Shown: positions 48,860 to 59,182, counted from the stretch's first letter. The stretch: 64,000 bases of DNA from an uncultured Chloroflexia bacterium (GCA_963724295.1 CAVRUC010000010.1:224001-288000), one strand, 5' to 3'. Notes: generated from the sequence alone by a model not told the origin. Made by a program: numbers and translations.

Positions 48860-49278
48860 GGCCCTCGTCGCCCCGGATCGCCCGCGGCCAGAAGGTTGGA
48901 TTCCCGCAGATCCACCCCTCACTGCTCGTTCGCCGTGGCGCCTGCTGCCCGGGCCGCGAGCTCGCGCGTCGCATGAGGGCCGGTCAGGAGAACGACGAGA
49001 TGCGAGTGATGCTGGCCCGCCCTGGGCCGTGCGGCGGGTGCGGCGTCCTGGGTAGAGCGGCCTCTTAGCTCTGCCCACCTTCCCAGCTCGGTGGGCGGCG
49101 ATCGATCGTGAACGGAGTAATCCTGTTGATCTGCTTCAATGGCGGCAGTGCATTTTCCAGCAAGCCGCCTTTCTCAACAGGTTGTACATTTCAGGCAGCG
49201 CTCCTTGTTGAGATTCCGGGCACGCTGTCAAACCAGACACCAGGACGTCGCAATCACAGTACAGAGGCAAGGCAAGCC

Positions 49279-49644
49279 ATGGCTCAGTCAATCCTCAAAC
49301 AGCCTCGAGCCGCTATCCGCGAGCTCAAACGGGACTACCGGATTTCCGACGAGGAGGAGCTCCTCGCCTTCCTCGAACGTTACCCTGCGATCGCTCCCCT
49401 GCTTCACGACACCCGAAGCAATATCCGCAGGTACTTTGATGGGGATCCAGTGCGACTGGACATTTTCTACGATCTTGAATGGCCGGAAGAAGGACCCAAG
49501 CTAGTCGTGAATATACAGACCCATTTTGCCAGTCACGAAGCGTTGGACCGCCTGCATCGGTTCGTCAATGCGTGGTGGATCAAGAAACGTAAGGACATTG
49601 ACGCTCCCCTAATGGTCAGCTTCGAGCACACTAGACGTGTTTGA
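49279..49644 (+). CDS. Hypothetical protein coupled to HEPN (putative antitoxin)
   Basis: Overlaps the HEPN start; FLERYP..IRRYF..LVVNIQT..ALDRLHRFVNAWW. Confidence 0.65.
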   Translation: MAQSILKQPRAAIRELKRDYRISDEEELLAFLERYPAIAPLLHDTRSNIRRYFDGDPVRLDIFYDLEWPEEGPKLVVNIQTHFASHEALDRLHRFVNAWWIKKRKDIDAPLMVSFEHTRRV

Positions 49645-49990
49645 GTGGGTCGATTTTATCGATCTTGCCGAGGATCTAGCGGCGAAACAGAACGATGAAG
49701 CGGCAGCCCGTACGGCTATTAGCCGTGCCTACTACGCGACGTTTCACACAGGTCGCGACTACCTTGTACGTGCCGGAATTTCTCTCGACCGTAGCCGTAA
49801 CGCTCACCGGCAGGTTCAAGACGCACTTCGGACGAAGAACGCAGAGATCGGACAGGATTTAGAACTGCTCCATTTCTGGCGGAAGAGAGCCGACTACGAC
49901 AACCTGCAACTTACTGACGTCGATGAGCAAGCCAAATCGGCGGTGACCTTGGCCAGAGAAACATTGGACGCGATCAAGGCCATCTCATAG
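49637..49990 (+). CDS. HEPN domain protein (UPF0332/COG1895-like)
   Basis: FEWVDFIDLA..RTAISRAYYATFH..H..RKRADY. Confidence 0.8.
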   Translation: MFEWVDFIDLAEDLAAKQNDEAAARTAISRAYYATFHTGRDYLVRAGISLDRSRNAHRQVQDALRTKNAEIGQDLELLHFWRKRADYDNLQLTDVDEQAKSAVTLARETLDAIKAIS

Positions 49991-52453
49991 CTCTTGTCGG
50001 CAACCACCCTCTTCAGCCAATTCCACCTTGGAAACTCGTATGGGTTCCCTTGATCGTCGCAACCCCAGGCGCATGCCGTTCAGCGTCACAGCGAGTGAGG
50101 TCCCCATATCCGCGGCGACGGCGATCCAGAGATTCACGAAGCCGAATGCCGCCAGGACCAGCGCCGCCAGCTTCGTAAGCAGTGAGAGTCCGATGTTCTG
50201 GCGAATGACCCCGCTGGTCCGCCGCGACAGCTCCAGCGCCTCGGCCACGCCGTTCAGATCGTCGCCCATCAGCGCGATATCGGCCGTCTCCAGCGCCACG
50301 TCGGTTCCCGCCGCCCCCATGGCGATACCGACGTCGGCGGTCGCCAGTGCCGGTGCGTCGTTGACCCCGTCGCCGACCATCACCACCGGGCCGTAGCGCC
50401 GGCGCAGATCCCGCACCGCCACCGCCTTCTCCTCCGGCAGCAGCTCGGCAAGCACGCTATCGGCACCGACGGCGCGCGCGATCGCCTCCCCCGTAGCCCG
50501 GGTGTCCCCCGTCAACACAGCCACATGAGCGATCCCGGCCTCCCGCATGCGGCGCACGGCATCGGCGGCGTGCGGGCGGAGCCGATCGGCGACGGCAATC
50601 ACGCCCAGCGGCCGCAACGCGCTATCGACATCGTCCGCGGCAGCGACGAAGAGCGGAGTCGACCCCGCCTCCGCCAGCCGCGCCATTTCCCGCGCCAGCG
50701 CGCTCGGCCGCTCCTCGGTGCCGGCCAGCCCTAGCTCGCGGGCGAGGCGGATGCTGCCCACCACCGTCTCGCGGCCAGCGACGCGGGCCGAAGCGCCCTT
50801 GCCCGGCGTCGCCAGGAAGCCGTCCGCCATTGGCACGGCGATCCCTTCCTGGCGCGCCTTCAGCGCCACCGCCCGCGCCAGCGGGTGCTCTGACAGCGCC
50901 TCGACCGCGGCCGCGGTCGCAAGCAGGGAGCGCGCATCCGTCGCGCCGCCCGCCAGGGGAACGACGTCGATCACTTCAGGGCGACCGATGGTGAGGGTCC
51001 CGGTCTTGTCGATGGCCACGACTTTCGCCGCTCCGGCCGCCTCTAGCGCCGCTCCGCCCTTGACCAGGATGCCGCGCCGGGACGCCGCCCCAATCGCGGA
51101 GACGATCGAGACTGGAGTCGAGATCACCAACGCGCAAGGGCAGGCGATCACCAGGAGCGTCAGCGCGCGGTAGATCCAGGTTCGGGGGTCGTCTGTCACG
51201 AGCGATCCCCCGACAGCCAGCAGCGCCGCTCCCAGGATCACCGCCGGGGTATAGACCGCGGCGAAGCGATCCACCATCTGTTGCGCGGGGGCTCTGCTCC
51301 CCTGCGCCTCCTCGACCAGATGGATCACGCGGGCCAGGGTCGAGTCGGCGGCCTCCCGCGAAACCCGCAGCAGCAGCGCGCCGGGTCCGTTCACCGTGCC
51401 CGCGAAACAGTCGTCACCCGGCTCTTTGTCCGCCGGCATCGATTCACCGGTGATCGGGCTCTGGTCGACGGCGGAGACCCCCTCGACCACGACGCCATCG
51501 GCCGGGAGACGCTCGCCGGGACGCACCCGCACCAGATCACCGATCGAGAGCGCTTCGACCAGGACCGAGCTCTCCACGCCGGCCGCATCGACCCGGGAAG
51601 CGGTAGCGGGCGAGAGCGCCATCAGACCCCGGATCGCCCCCCGCGTCCGCTCCAGGGTCCGCGCCTGCAGCGCCCCCCCGAGCGCGAAGAGAACGACCAC
51701 CGCCGCACCCTCGCCCCATTCGCCGAGGACGGCCGCGCCGATCGCGGAGACCGACATCAGGACATTCATGTCGAGACGGCCGGCCCGCGCCGACTGCATT
51801 CCCGCACGGGCGAACGGCCAGCCGCCGCCGACGATCGCTCCGGCAAAGAGCGCGGTCGCGAGCGGGCTTTCGCCGCCAGTGAAGGAGATGACACTACCCG
51901 CGACCCAGAGCGCGGCGGCCAGCAACACCCATCGCAGCCGGTGGTCACGCCACCAGGCGAGCGCGTCTGCCGTCGCGCCGCGGGGACCGGACTCCGCCGT
52001 CGCCTGGTATCCGGCACGGGCCACCGTCCTGGCGATCTCGTCCCCCGGTGGGGGGACACCCGTGGTGGGCACGACTGTCAGCGTCGCCGTACCGAAGTTC
52101 ACCCGTGCGCTCTCGACGCCCGGCATCGCGCCCACCACCCGCTCGACGCTCGCCGCGCAGTCGGCGCAGTCCATCCCGGCGATACGGAATCGCAGCGTGG
52201 CGGCAGGCGGGGACGGAACCGTGTAGCCGAGGGTCTGGATGCGGGCGATGACCCCCGCCAGATCGAGCAGTGCGGGGTCGATCTCGACCCGCGCGTTGCC
52301 GGCCGCGAAGTTGACCGTGGCATCACACACCCCGGGCGTGTCCCGCAACCCGGCCGCCAGCGACTCGGCACAGACCGGGCAATCGAGCCCGGCGACGGGG
52401 AGGGTGAGCGCCGCGTCGCTCGCGCTTGCGGCACGCGGGAAGGTGGCGGTCAT
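49985..52453 (-). CDS. Heavy-metal P1B-type ATPase (CadA/ZntA-like) with two HMA domains
   Basis: GLDCPVC, GMDCADC, TGES, CPC, DKTGT, SEHPL, GDGVNDAP, ADMG. Confidence 0.95.
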   Translation of the reverse strand: MTATFPRAASASDAALTLPVAGLDCPVCAESLAAGLRDTPGVCDATVNFAAGNARVEIDPALLDLAGVIARIQTLGYTVPSPPAATLRFRIAGMDCADCAASVERVVGAMPGVESARVNFGTATLTVVPTTGVPPPGDEIARTVARAGYQATAESGPRGATADALAWWRDHRLRWVLLAAALWVAGSVISFTGGESPLATALFAGAIVGGGWPFARAGMQSARAGRLDMNVLMSVSAIGAAVLGEWGEGAAVVVLFALGGALQARTLERTRGAIRGLMALSPATASRVDAAGVESSVLVEALSIGDLVRVRPGERLPADGVVVEGVSAVDQSPITGESMPADKEPGDDCFAGTVNGPGALLLRVSREAADSTLARVIHLVEEAQGSRAPAQQMVDRFAAVYTPAVILGAALLAVGGSLVTDDPRTWIYRALTLLVIACPCALVISTPVSIVSAIGAASRRGILVKGGAALEAAGAAKVVAIDKTGTLTIGRPEVIDVVPLAGGATDARSLLATAAAVEALSEHPLARAVALKARQEGIAVPMADGFLATPGKGASARVAGRETVVGSIRLARELGLAGTEERPSALAREMARLAEAGSTPLFVAAADDVDSALRPLGVIAVADRLRPHAADAVRRMREAGIAHVAVLTGDTRATGEAIARAVGADSVLAELLPEEKAVAVRDLRRRYGPVVMVGDGVNDAPALATADVGIAMGAAGTDVALETADIALMGDDLNGVAEALELSRRTSGVIRQNIGLSLLTKLAALVLAAFGFVNLWIAVAADMGTSLAVTLNGMRLGLRRSREPIRVSKVELAEEGGCRQEL

Positions 52454-52869
52454 CGTTCTTCCGGCCCGGCGGCGATCTCTGCCGCGTGCGCGATGCCCAT
52501 CGCCATCAGGTCGCGCACGTGGTCGTCGTCGAGGGCGTAGAAGATGACGCGACCTTCTCGCCGAGAGCGCACCAGCCTCCCCTCGCGCAGGGTGCGCAGC
52601 TGGTGAGAGACGGTCGTGCGGTTGATCCCGGTGGCGGCGGCCAGGTCGCAGACGCAGAGTTCGCCGGTCGCCAGCGCGGCCAGCAAGCGCAGCCGCGTCG
52701 GATCGGCGAGCAGCGCAAAGAGCCCGGCCACATCGGGCACCGGCGGCATGACACCGAGCGCCGCCCGCGCCGCAAAGACGGCCGGCGGATGGATGAGCGC
52801 GACGTCGCACTTGCAGTCATCCCCTGGCGGTTGTGAGGTCGACGCTTGCATAGCGGACATGTGCGTCAT
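52450..52869 (-). CDS. ArsR/SmtB (CadC-like) metalloregulator (start uncertain)
   Basis: N-terminal CKC, LADPTRL, ELCVCDLA, VSHQLR, YALDDDHV; ATGA overlap with the ATPase. Confidence 0.92.
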   Translation of the reverse strand: MTHMSAMQASTSQPPGDDCKCDVALIHPPAVFAARAALGVMPPVPDVAGLFALLADPTRLRLLAALATGELCVCDLAAATGINRTTVSHQLRTLREGRLVRSRREGRVIFYALDDDHVRDLMAMGIAHAAEIAAGPEER

Positions 52870-52884
52870 GATGCACATATTATA
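52859..52884 (-). promoter_or_regulatory. -10 box TATAAT plus palindromic ArsR/SmtB operator
   Basis: ATGTGCGTCATGATGCACAT (18/20 palindromic) adjacent to TATAAT. Confidence 0.65.
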
Positions 52885-53159
52885 CGCCGTCGCCGGCCGC
52901 GTGTCCTGGCAATCGATGGGCGATCACTCCCGCTCCCTCCGCCTCTCGCATCGGGTGCGGCCGGAACGCCTCGCACGTGGGCACGTAGGAAGTCTCGACC
53001 CGAACTGTGGGCGATGGGGAGCCGTCGCCGTCGTGGCAAGGAACTTGCACAACAGTTCGCCACGGGCATGCGCCCAATCGATGACCGGCAGGGGGTCTCG
53101 CGGCCATATCGATGCCCGTTGGGATCCCGCTCAAAAGAGACGCGAGGAGAGAATCGCCA

Positions 53160-53411
53160 ATGTCATCCACGGAGACGACCGGTACCCGCGACGTCACGTA
53201 CGACCTGATCAGCGTGGTCTACCACGCGCTGCAAGGCGCCGAGACGTACCAGATGTACGAGCAGGACGCGCAGCAAGAGGGAGATCAGGAAGCCGCGGCA
53301 CTGTTCCACGAGGCTCACCAGTCGAGTCGCCAGTGGGCCGACCGCGCCAAGTCCCTGCTCGGTCAGCGCATGAGCCAGGGAAGTCAGAGCGGCTCGGGAC
53401 AGCGCTCCTGA
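53160..53411 (+). CDS. Small helical (ferritin-like) stress-type protein
   Basis: RDVTYDLISVVYHALQGAETYQMYEQDA; RBS GAGGAG. Confidence 0.75.
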   Translation: MSSTETTGTRDVTYDLISVVYHALQGAETYQMYEQDAQQEGDQEAAALFHEAHQSSRQWADRAKSLLGQRMSQGSQSGSGQRS

Positions 53412-53548
53412 TCCGAGAGCAGAAACCACAGCCGTGCCCACGGCCCCTACCCGGGCGCGGTTGAGAAGAACGGCGATCTAAACGAAGCTCACGTTGGAGG
53501 GCGCTGGTCTTGGCCAGTGCCCTCCTCTTCTTTGTGGATCTCGGAATC

Positions 53549-53577
53549 TTGACGGCTACCGAAGGCGGCGGTAGCGT
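53549..53577 (+). promoter_or_regulatory. sigma70-like promoter
   Basis: TTGACG-17 bp-TAGCGT. Confidence 0.45.
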
Positions 53578-53611
53578 GGCGGTCTCTCCTCATCTGCCAT
53601 AGGGAGGCGCC

Positions 53612-54151
53612 GTGGAAGACCGATTTGCCGCCCTCGCCGAATGGCACGACTTTTTCGCCGCCGTCGCCGGCGTGACGGCAACATTGGTCGGCCTGCTCTT
53701 TGTTGCACTTGCCCTGAACCCGGCGGTCATGGCCGACGATAGCCCGGCTGGGCTACGCACCTGGGCCGGCCACACATTCCACAGCTTCCTGCTGGTGCTC
53801 GTCATCGCGCTGGTCGTCTTGATTCCAGACACTGGTCCACTTGGCTTGGGCTTGCCGCTGCTCATCCTGGGCGTGTGGGGAGTGATCCGGGTCATCATCG
53901 AGGCGCGTCAGGTGCGCAGCGACCCCTCTCCAGAGTGGCACGGCCGGTCGGTGCTGACCCGCTTCGCGTCGCCGCTTGCCGGCTATGCGATCGCCGCCTG
54001 GGTCGGACTGCAAGCGCTGCGCGGCGATGCCGACGCGGTCGGCTGGCTGGTCGCCACGGTCTTCTTCCTGATGATGAGCGCGGCCGGCAACTGCTGGGAC
54101 CTGCTCCGGGAGATCGGCGACCACCACCGGTCTGGCACGACCGACCCGTGA
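53612..54151 (+). CDS. Membrane protein (about 5 TM)
   Basis: WHDFFAAVAGVTATLVGLLFVALALN..NCWDLL; RBS GGAGG. Confidence 0.75.
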   Translation: MEDRFAALAEWHDFFAAVAGVTATLVGLLFVALALNPAVMADDSPAGLRTWAGHTFHSFLLVLVIALVVLIPDTGPLGLGLPLLILGVWGVIRVIIEARQVRSDPSPEWHGRSVLTRFASPLAGYAIAAWVGLQALRGDADAVGWLVATVFFLMMSAAGNCWDLLREIGDHHRSGTTDP

Positions 54152-54170
54152 ATCGGACGGTTGTTGCCGC

Positions 54171-54325
54171 TGGCTATCGGCTCCTGGCTATCGGCTCTCG
54201 GCCAGTGGCTACCGGCTTTCGGCTATCGGCGATAAGCCTTCTTACGACTCACGACTCACGACTCAGTTGCCGTCTCGCCGTCTTTCTTCTCGACTCACCG
54301 ACTCACCGACTTACCGACTTACCGA
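54171..54325 (+). repeat. Mosaic short tandem repeat array (GGCTATC; ACGACTC; CGTCTCGC; GACTYACC)
   Basis: Four consecutive 7/8-nt arrays between convergent genes. Confidence 0.8.
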
Positions 54326-55296
54326 CTCCCGTCTTGGCTGCTCCTTCGGCCAGTCCCTTGATGTACCCGATGGCGAAGAGGCGTCCCAACACGTCGTAGC
54401 CCGGTGCGAGGTTCTCCTCCCCCTCCATCGTCGGTACGTGGTCGGGACGCAGTGGACCGTCGAAGCCGAGCTCCTGGTATGTCCGCATCGCGGCGAACAT
54501 GTCGGTCTGCCCCTCGTCGTGGAAGGTCTCGACGAAGCGCTCCGGGGTGCCGCGCACATCCCGGAAATGGACGAAGTGCAGCGCGCCGCGATCGGCGAAA
54601 TCCCGTATCTCGGCCGGAATATCGGCCCCCATCGTGGCGAAGGTCCCCTGGCACATCGTAATTCCGTTGTACGGGCTCGGTACCAGCTCGATCGCGCGGC
54701 GCATGGCCTCCGGCGTGCGCAGGATGCGCGCCATTCCCCGGATCGGCGAGATCGGCGGGTCGTCCGGGTGCAGCGCCAGCTTCACCCCGGCCGCTTCGGC
54801 GACGGGCACGACGCGCTCCATGAAGCGCCCGAGAGCTCTCCCAGAGCGTGTCGTCGCTCACCTCACCGGCCGGAGTGTACGGAGCGTCCCGCATCAGCGC
54901 GTGGTCGTACGAGGTGACCAGCGCCCCGCCCCGGGTCGGAGTAGTTGTCGAGGTCCGCGTCCAGTTGAAGACGGCCATCCAGTTCCAGCAAACGACCGGG
55001 ACTCCCACCGCGCCAAGATTGCGGATCAGGGTGCAACAGCGCTCGATCTCCTCGTCGGCGCCGAGCAGCCCCAGCTTCGCCGCATGCAACCACGGGAAGC
55101 CGGTCTCGATCACCTCCAGCGTCAACCCGGCGTCCGCAAAGCGGGTCTTCATCCGCAGCAGCGGCAGGAACTCCCACCCCGGCCCATCCAGATCGTCGGG
55201 CGGCACCTGCGACACGGCATGCGTCACTCCTGCCTGCCGCGCCAGCGTCCACGTTGCATTCGGAAACGGCGGCAGATACTCGGCGAGCTTGAACAT
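54303..55296 (-). CDS. uxuA: Mannonate dehydratase; frameshift ~54835
   Basis: VCWNWM..WTRT | PVAEAAGVKLALHPDDPP, CQG, FVHFRDV, ETFHDEG, RPDHVP, FAIGYIKGL. Confidence 0.85.
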
Positions 55297-55450
55297 CGTG
55301 GTCCGCCTCTTTCTGATATCACTCGGCAATTGGCGGCAGCTATCTAACCCGCCTTCGGCAAAGAAGGCAACGACGCCGAGCTGAGCATGCGCGCGGCGTT
55401 CACCGCGAGATCTGCCTCAGCGGCCGGGGTAGAGAGGAGGGACGGGCACC

Positions 55451-55991
55451 ATGGAGGCGTTACAAGGTTTTGCTGGCGCGGTAGTTGGTGGCCTCATTGT
55501 TGGGGTGTTGAACTGGTTTCTTCAGGACAAGCAGCACAAATACGCGCTTGAATTGCAAGACAATCAATTCAAGTTCGAGAGCGCCGAACGAAAGTCGCAG
55601 CGATGGGCTGAATCGCAGCGGAAAGCTATCAGCGATTTACAGGACGCTTGCGGCCTGCTGGCTGATGCGACGAATCCAGCAAGAACAATGAGAAAGTTCT
55701 ACATGGAAAAACCTTCGTCGAGGAGAGGCTAGCTATTCTAAGGGAGCAATGGTTCCAAGACTGGCAATCCGGAACGCGCCAAGTGGGGATCCTTGCTCAC
55801 CGCGTCGACGGTCCCGTGCTAACGGAACGAGCTTACGCCGTAGGGATGTTGCCCTACGCTATGAATCATTCGTTTTTCATCAGACGAATCTAGATCTCCG
55901 CGAGGAGCATGGGCAGAGACTAGATCAAGCCCTGAGCGAGCTTAACGAACTAGCCGGAAGGCTCTATCGTGAGCTAGACGCAGCAATTTAG
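55451..55991 (+). CDS. Lower-GC hypothetical protein (N-terminal TM plus helical body), apparently frameshifted
   Basis: GFAGAVVGGLIVGVLNW TM; coding-like continuation in other frames to ..LNELAGRLYRELD. Confidence 0.5.
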
Positions 55992-56096
55992 ATCCAAGGC
56001 GGGCTTGGTGGCGAGCCGTCTTCTGCACGACACCGGGGAAGCGGACCAGACCCAAGCGTCGAGCAAACCTCGTAATACGTCATAAGGAAGCCAACG

Positions 56097-57123
56097 ATGC
56101 TGAGAACGCGCTTCACGGACCTCGTCGGTTGCACGGTTCCGATCCAGCAGGCCGGGATGGCGCCGTCTCGCCGCCCGAGCTGGTCGCCGCCGTGTCGAAT
56201 GCCGGCGGGCTGGGCATGCTCGGACCGCCCGCTGGGGCGGTCGGCGCTCGCCAATCTCAACCGCCTCATCGACCAGGTCGAGGCGCTGACCGCCGTCCCT
56301 TCGGCATCAATTTCATCATCGCGCCGGAACACATGGGCAACACCGACCCCGGCTGCTTCGCCCTCGCCGGGCGCCGCGCCCGGGTCGTGGAGTTCTTCTG
56401 GGCGTGGCCAGACCCGGCGTTGATAGAAACCGTCCACGAGCAGGGTGCACTCGTCAGCTGGCAGGTTGGCTCGCGAGAGGAGGCGGTCGCGGCGGCCGCG
56501 GCAGGCAGCGATCTGATCGTGGCTCAGGGCATGGAGGCTGGCGGCCATGTGCGGGGCAAGATCGGCATCCTTGCCCTGCTCGACGAAGTGCTGGCCGCGG
56601 TTGACGTGCCGGTGCTGGCAGCCGGTGGTGTTGGCACCGGGCGCGCATTGGCGGCCGTCTTGGCCGCCGGGGCCGACGGCGCTCGGGTGGGTACCCGCTT
56701 CGTCGCCGCGGAGGAGTCCGATGCGCATCCACTCTATGTCGAGGCACTGCTTGCCGCCGGTCCCGCGGACACGGTCTACACCGAGGCTTTCTCCGTCGGT
56801 ATGGGATGCCCCTCACCGCGTATTGCGCTCTTGTGTGGCGGCCGCGGAAGCCTTCCCCGGCGACATCGTCGGAGAGGTCCCGACGACTGGACGGAACGCG
56901 GGAGGCACTACACCGGCCGGGTGGGGCTATCGGCGCCCAACGGCGATCGATCGCGGTACGACCGGCACCATCGCTGCGATGGCGCTCTGGGCCGAGGAGC
57001 GAGTCTTCCGCGGCGTGACACGCGTGCGGCCTGACCGCCGAGATCGTGCGCGAGCTGGCAGGGACGCCGGAGCGCCTCCTCCGCCGCTGGGACCCCGAGG
57101 CCGGCCCATCGACGGGTGCGTGA
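56097..57123 (+). pseudogene. Nitronate monooxygenase family flavin oxidoreductase with multiple frameshifts
   Basis: PIQQAGM, ELVAAVSNAGGLG, VAQGMEAGGH, LAAGG, GADGARVGTRF, ALWA across frames. Confidence 0.8.
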
Positions 57124-57164
57124 AGGTCAGGCAAACAACCGGCCTCGTATTCTGCCTGGTCGTC

Positions 57165-57193
57165 TTGACGACCCATAGCGTCTCGTCTAGAGT
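57165..57193 (+). promoter_or_regulatory. sigma70-like promoter of the sugar ABC operon
   Basis: TTGACG-17 bp-TAGAGT. Confidence 0.55.
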
Positions 57194-57300
57194 GGCCGCT
57201 CGCGTGTGGCCGGCTTCACTGGATGGAGCGTCTTCCCGGCCCGCGCACCGCGCTTGGGTGGAATCCCCGGCAGTGCCGCCGGCGATGAAGGAGCGTGGCG

Positions 57301-58269
57301 ATGGCCGCCATTCCCGGCATCAGGCAGCGGGCGGGAACCGCCGACGCCGTGCCGCGCCGGCCCGCACTCCAGCGCGCTCTCGGCCGCGACTGGAAGATCG
57401 CCTGGCTCTTCATTCTGCCCCTCGTGCTGGTGCTCATCGGTCTCGTCGCCTACCCCTTCGTCGCCGGTATCATCCTCAGCTTTCAGCACAAAGTCGTCGG
57501 TCAGGAGCCGACCTGGGTCGGGCTGCGCAACTACCGGGAGTTGCTCGTCGGGGAGCAGTACTCCAGCACCTTCTGGAATTCGGTCCGCGTCTCCATCCTC
57601 TACACCGGCGCCGCCGTCGGGGTGAAGCTCGTGCTCGGCATGTGCATGGCGCTCCTCCTCAACGAGAAGTTCCGTGGGCAGACCCTGATGCGCGCCGTCC
57701 TCTTTCTCCCCTGGGCGGTGCCGACCATCATCGTCGCCCTCACCTGGCGCTGGATCTACGACGGCAGCCCGGCCGGGTTGATCAACTACATCCGCATCGA
57801 ATACTTCGAGGCGCAGACGCTCATCCAGTTTCTCGCCGACCCCAACCTCGCTCTCTGGTCGGTCATCGCCGTCGCTATCTGGCAGGGCACGCCCTTCTAC
57901 ACGATGATGTTTCTCGCCGCCATGCAGGCCATCCCGGGGGAGCAGTACGAGGCGGCGGCGCTGGACGGCGCCAACGTCTTCCGCCGCTTCTCGGACATCA
58001 CCCTCCCCAGTCTGGTGCCGGCGATAACCATCACCGCCCTCCTCTCGACGATCTGGACCGCCAATAGCATCAACTTCATCTTCGCCCTGACGCGGGGCGG
58101 ACCGGTCGGAGCGACGATGACCTTCCCCATGCTGGCCTATGAGGTCGGCATCGCGGGGGCCCGCCAGCTCGGTCTCGCCGCCGCCGTCTCGGTCCTCTTC
58201 TTCCCCCTCTTCATCATCGCCATCTATATCCTCACCAAGCGAATGCTCGCGACGGAGGGGAGGGCGTGA
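57301..58269 (+). CDS. Carbohydrate ABC transporter permease (MalF-like)
   Basis: WVGLRNY, LPWAVP, YEAAALDGA..ITLP, TRGGP. Confidence 0.93.
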   Translation: MAAIPGIRQRAGTADAVPRRPALQRALGRDWKIAWLFILPLVLVLIGLVAYPFVAGIILSFQHKVVGQEPTWVGLRNYRELLVGEQYSSTFWNSVRVSILYTGAAVGVKLVLGMCMALLLNEKFRGQTLMRAVLFLPWAVPTIIVALTWRWIYDGSPAGLINYIRIEYFEAQTLIQFLADPNLALWSVIAVAIWQGTPFYTMMFLAAMQAIPGEQYEAAALDGANVFRRFSDITLPSLVPAITITALLSTIWTANSINFIFALTRGGPVGATMTFPMLAYEVGIAGARQLGLAAAVSVLFFPLFIIAIYILTKRMLATEGRA

Positions 58270-58342
58270 ACGTGGGTGACTTCGTCATCACCCTGACACT
58301 CCGGCACCCCGACACTCCGAGACCCTCGACCGGAGGGCGTTC

Positions 58343-59182
58343 GTGAAGACCTGGTTCATGCGTAAGGGCATCCGCAACGTCGTCCTCTTCGCCGGTCTGG
58401 CGATCTTCGCCATCTGGACGCTCTTCCCGTTCCTCTGGATCCTCTCGACCTCGATCAAGCCCGACCGCGATCTCTATCGCAAGGTGAGTCTCTGGCCGGC
58501 GACCATCACCGATGCGCACTACATCGAAGTCCTCTTCGAGACACCCTTCCTGACTTACTTCAAGAACAGCTTCATGGTCGCCACGGCGACGACGGCGATC
58601 GCTATGATCGTCGCCGTCTTGGCCGCTTACGCGATGACCCGTCTCTCCTTCCGTGGTCGCACCTTCGTCGCCCGGGCCACCATAGTCACCTATCTGATCC
58701 CGGCGGCCCTTCTCTTCATCCCGCTCTTCCAGATCGCGCAGCAGCTGCCGTTCCAAGGGGACGCGGCGAGCTTGGTCGTGATCTACCTGATCTTCGCCGT
58801 ACCGTTCTCGACCTGGCTGGCCATCTCCTACTTCAACACCATCCCCTCGGATCTGGAGGACGCGGCGCTGGTCGACGGGGCGACGCGCCTGCGCTCGCTG
58901 GTGACCATCTTTATTCCGCTCGCGCTCCCCGCCCTGGCGGTGATTACGCTCTTCACCTTCACCATCGCCTGGAACGAGTTCCTCTTCGCGCTCTTGCTGA
59001 TCCAGCGCGACTCCCAGAAAACGGTGCCGATCGGTCTGGCGGAGTTCGTCGTTGGCGACGTTTTTGCATGGGGTCCGTTGATGGCCGGATCGCTGCTTGC
59101 CTCGCTGCCGCCGGTGCTCATCTATGTCGCCGCTCAGAAGTGGGTCGTCTCCGGCCTTGGCGGCGGGGCTATCAAAGGGTGA
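58343..59182 (+). CDS. Carbohydrate ABC transporter permease (MalG-like)
   Basis: FPFLW, AAYAMTR, LEDAALVDGA, AWNEF. Confidence 0.93.
   Translation: MKTWFMRKGIRNVVLFAGLAIFAIWTLFPFLWILSTSIKPDRDLYRKVSLWPATITDAHYIEVLFETPFLTYFKNSFMVATATTAIAMIVAVLAAYAMTRLSFRGRTFVARATIVTYLIPAALLFIPLFQIAQQLPFQGDAASLVVIYLIFAVPFSTWLAISYFNTIPSDLEDAALVDGATRLRSLVTIFIPLALPALAVITLFTFTIAWNEFLFALLLIQRDSQKTVPIGLAEFVVGDVFAWGPLMAGSLLASLPPVLIYVAAQKWVVSGLGGGAIKG

Noticed and set aside
54171..54325. CRISPR array (also considered for 13510-13640)
   Set aside because: Units are 7-11 nt without unique 30-40 nt spacers; no cas genes
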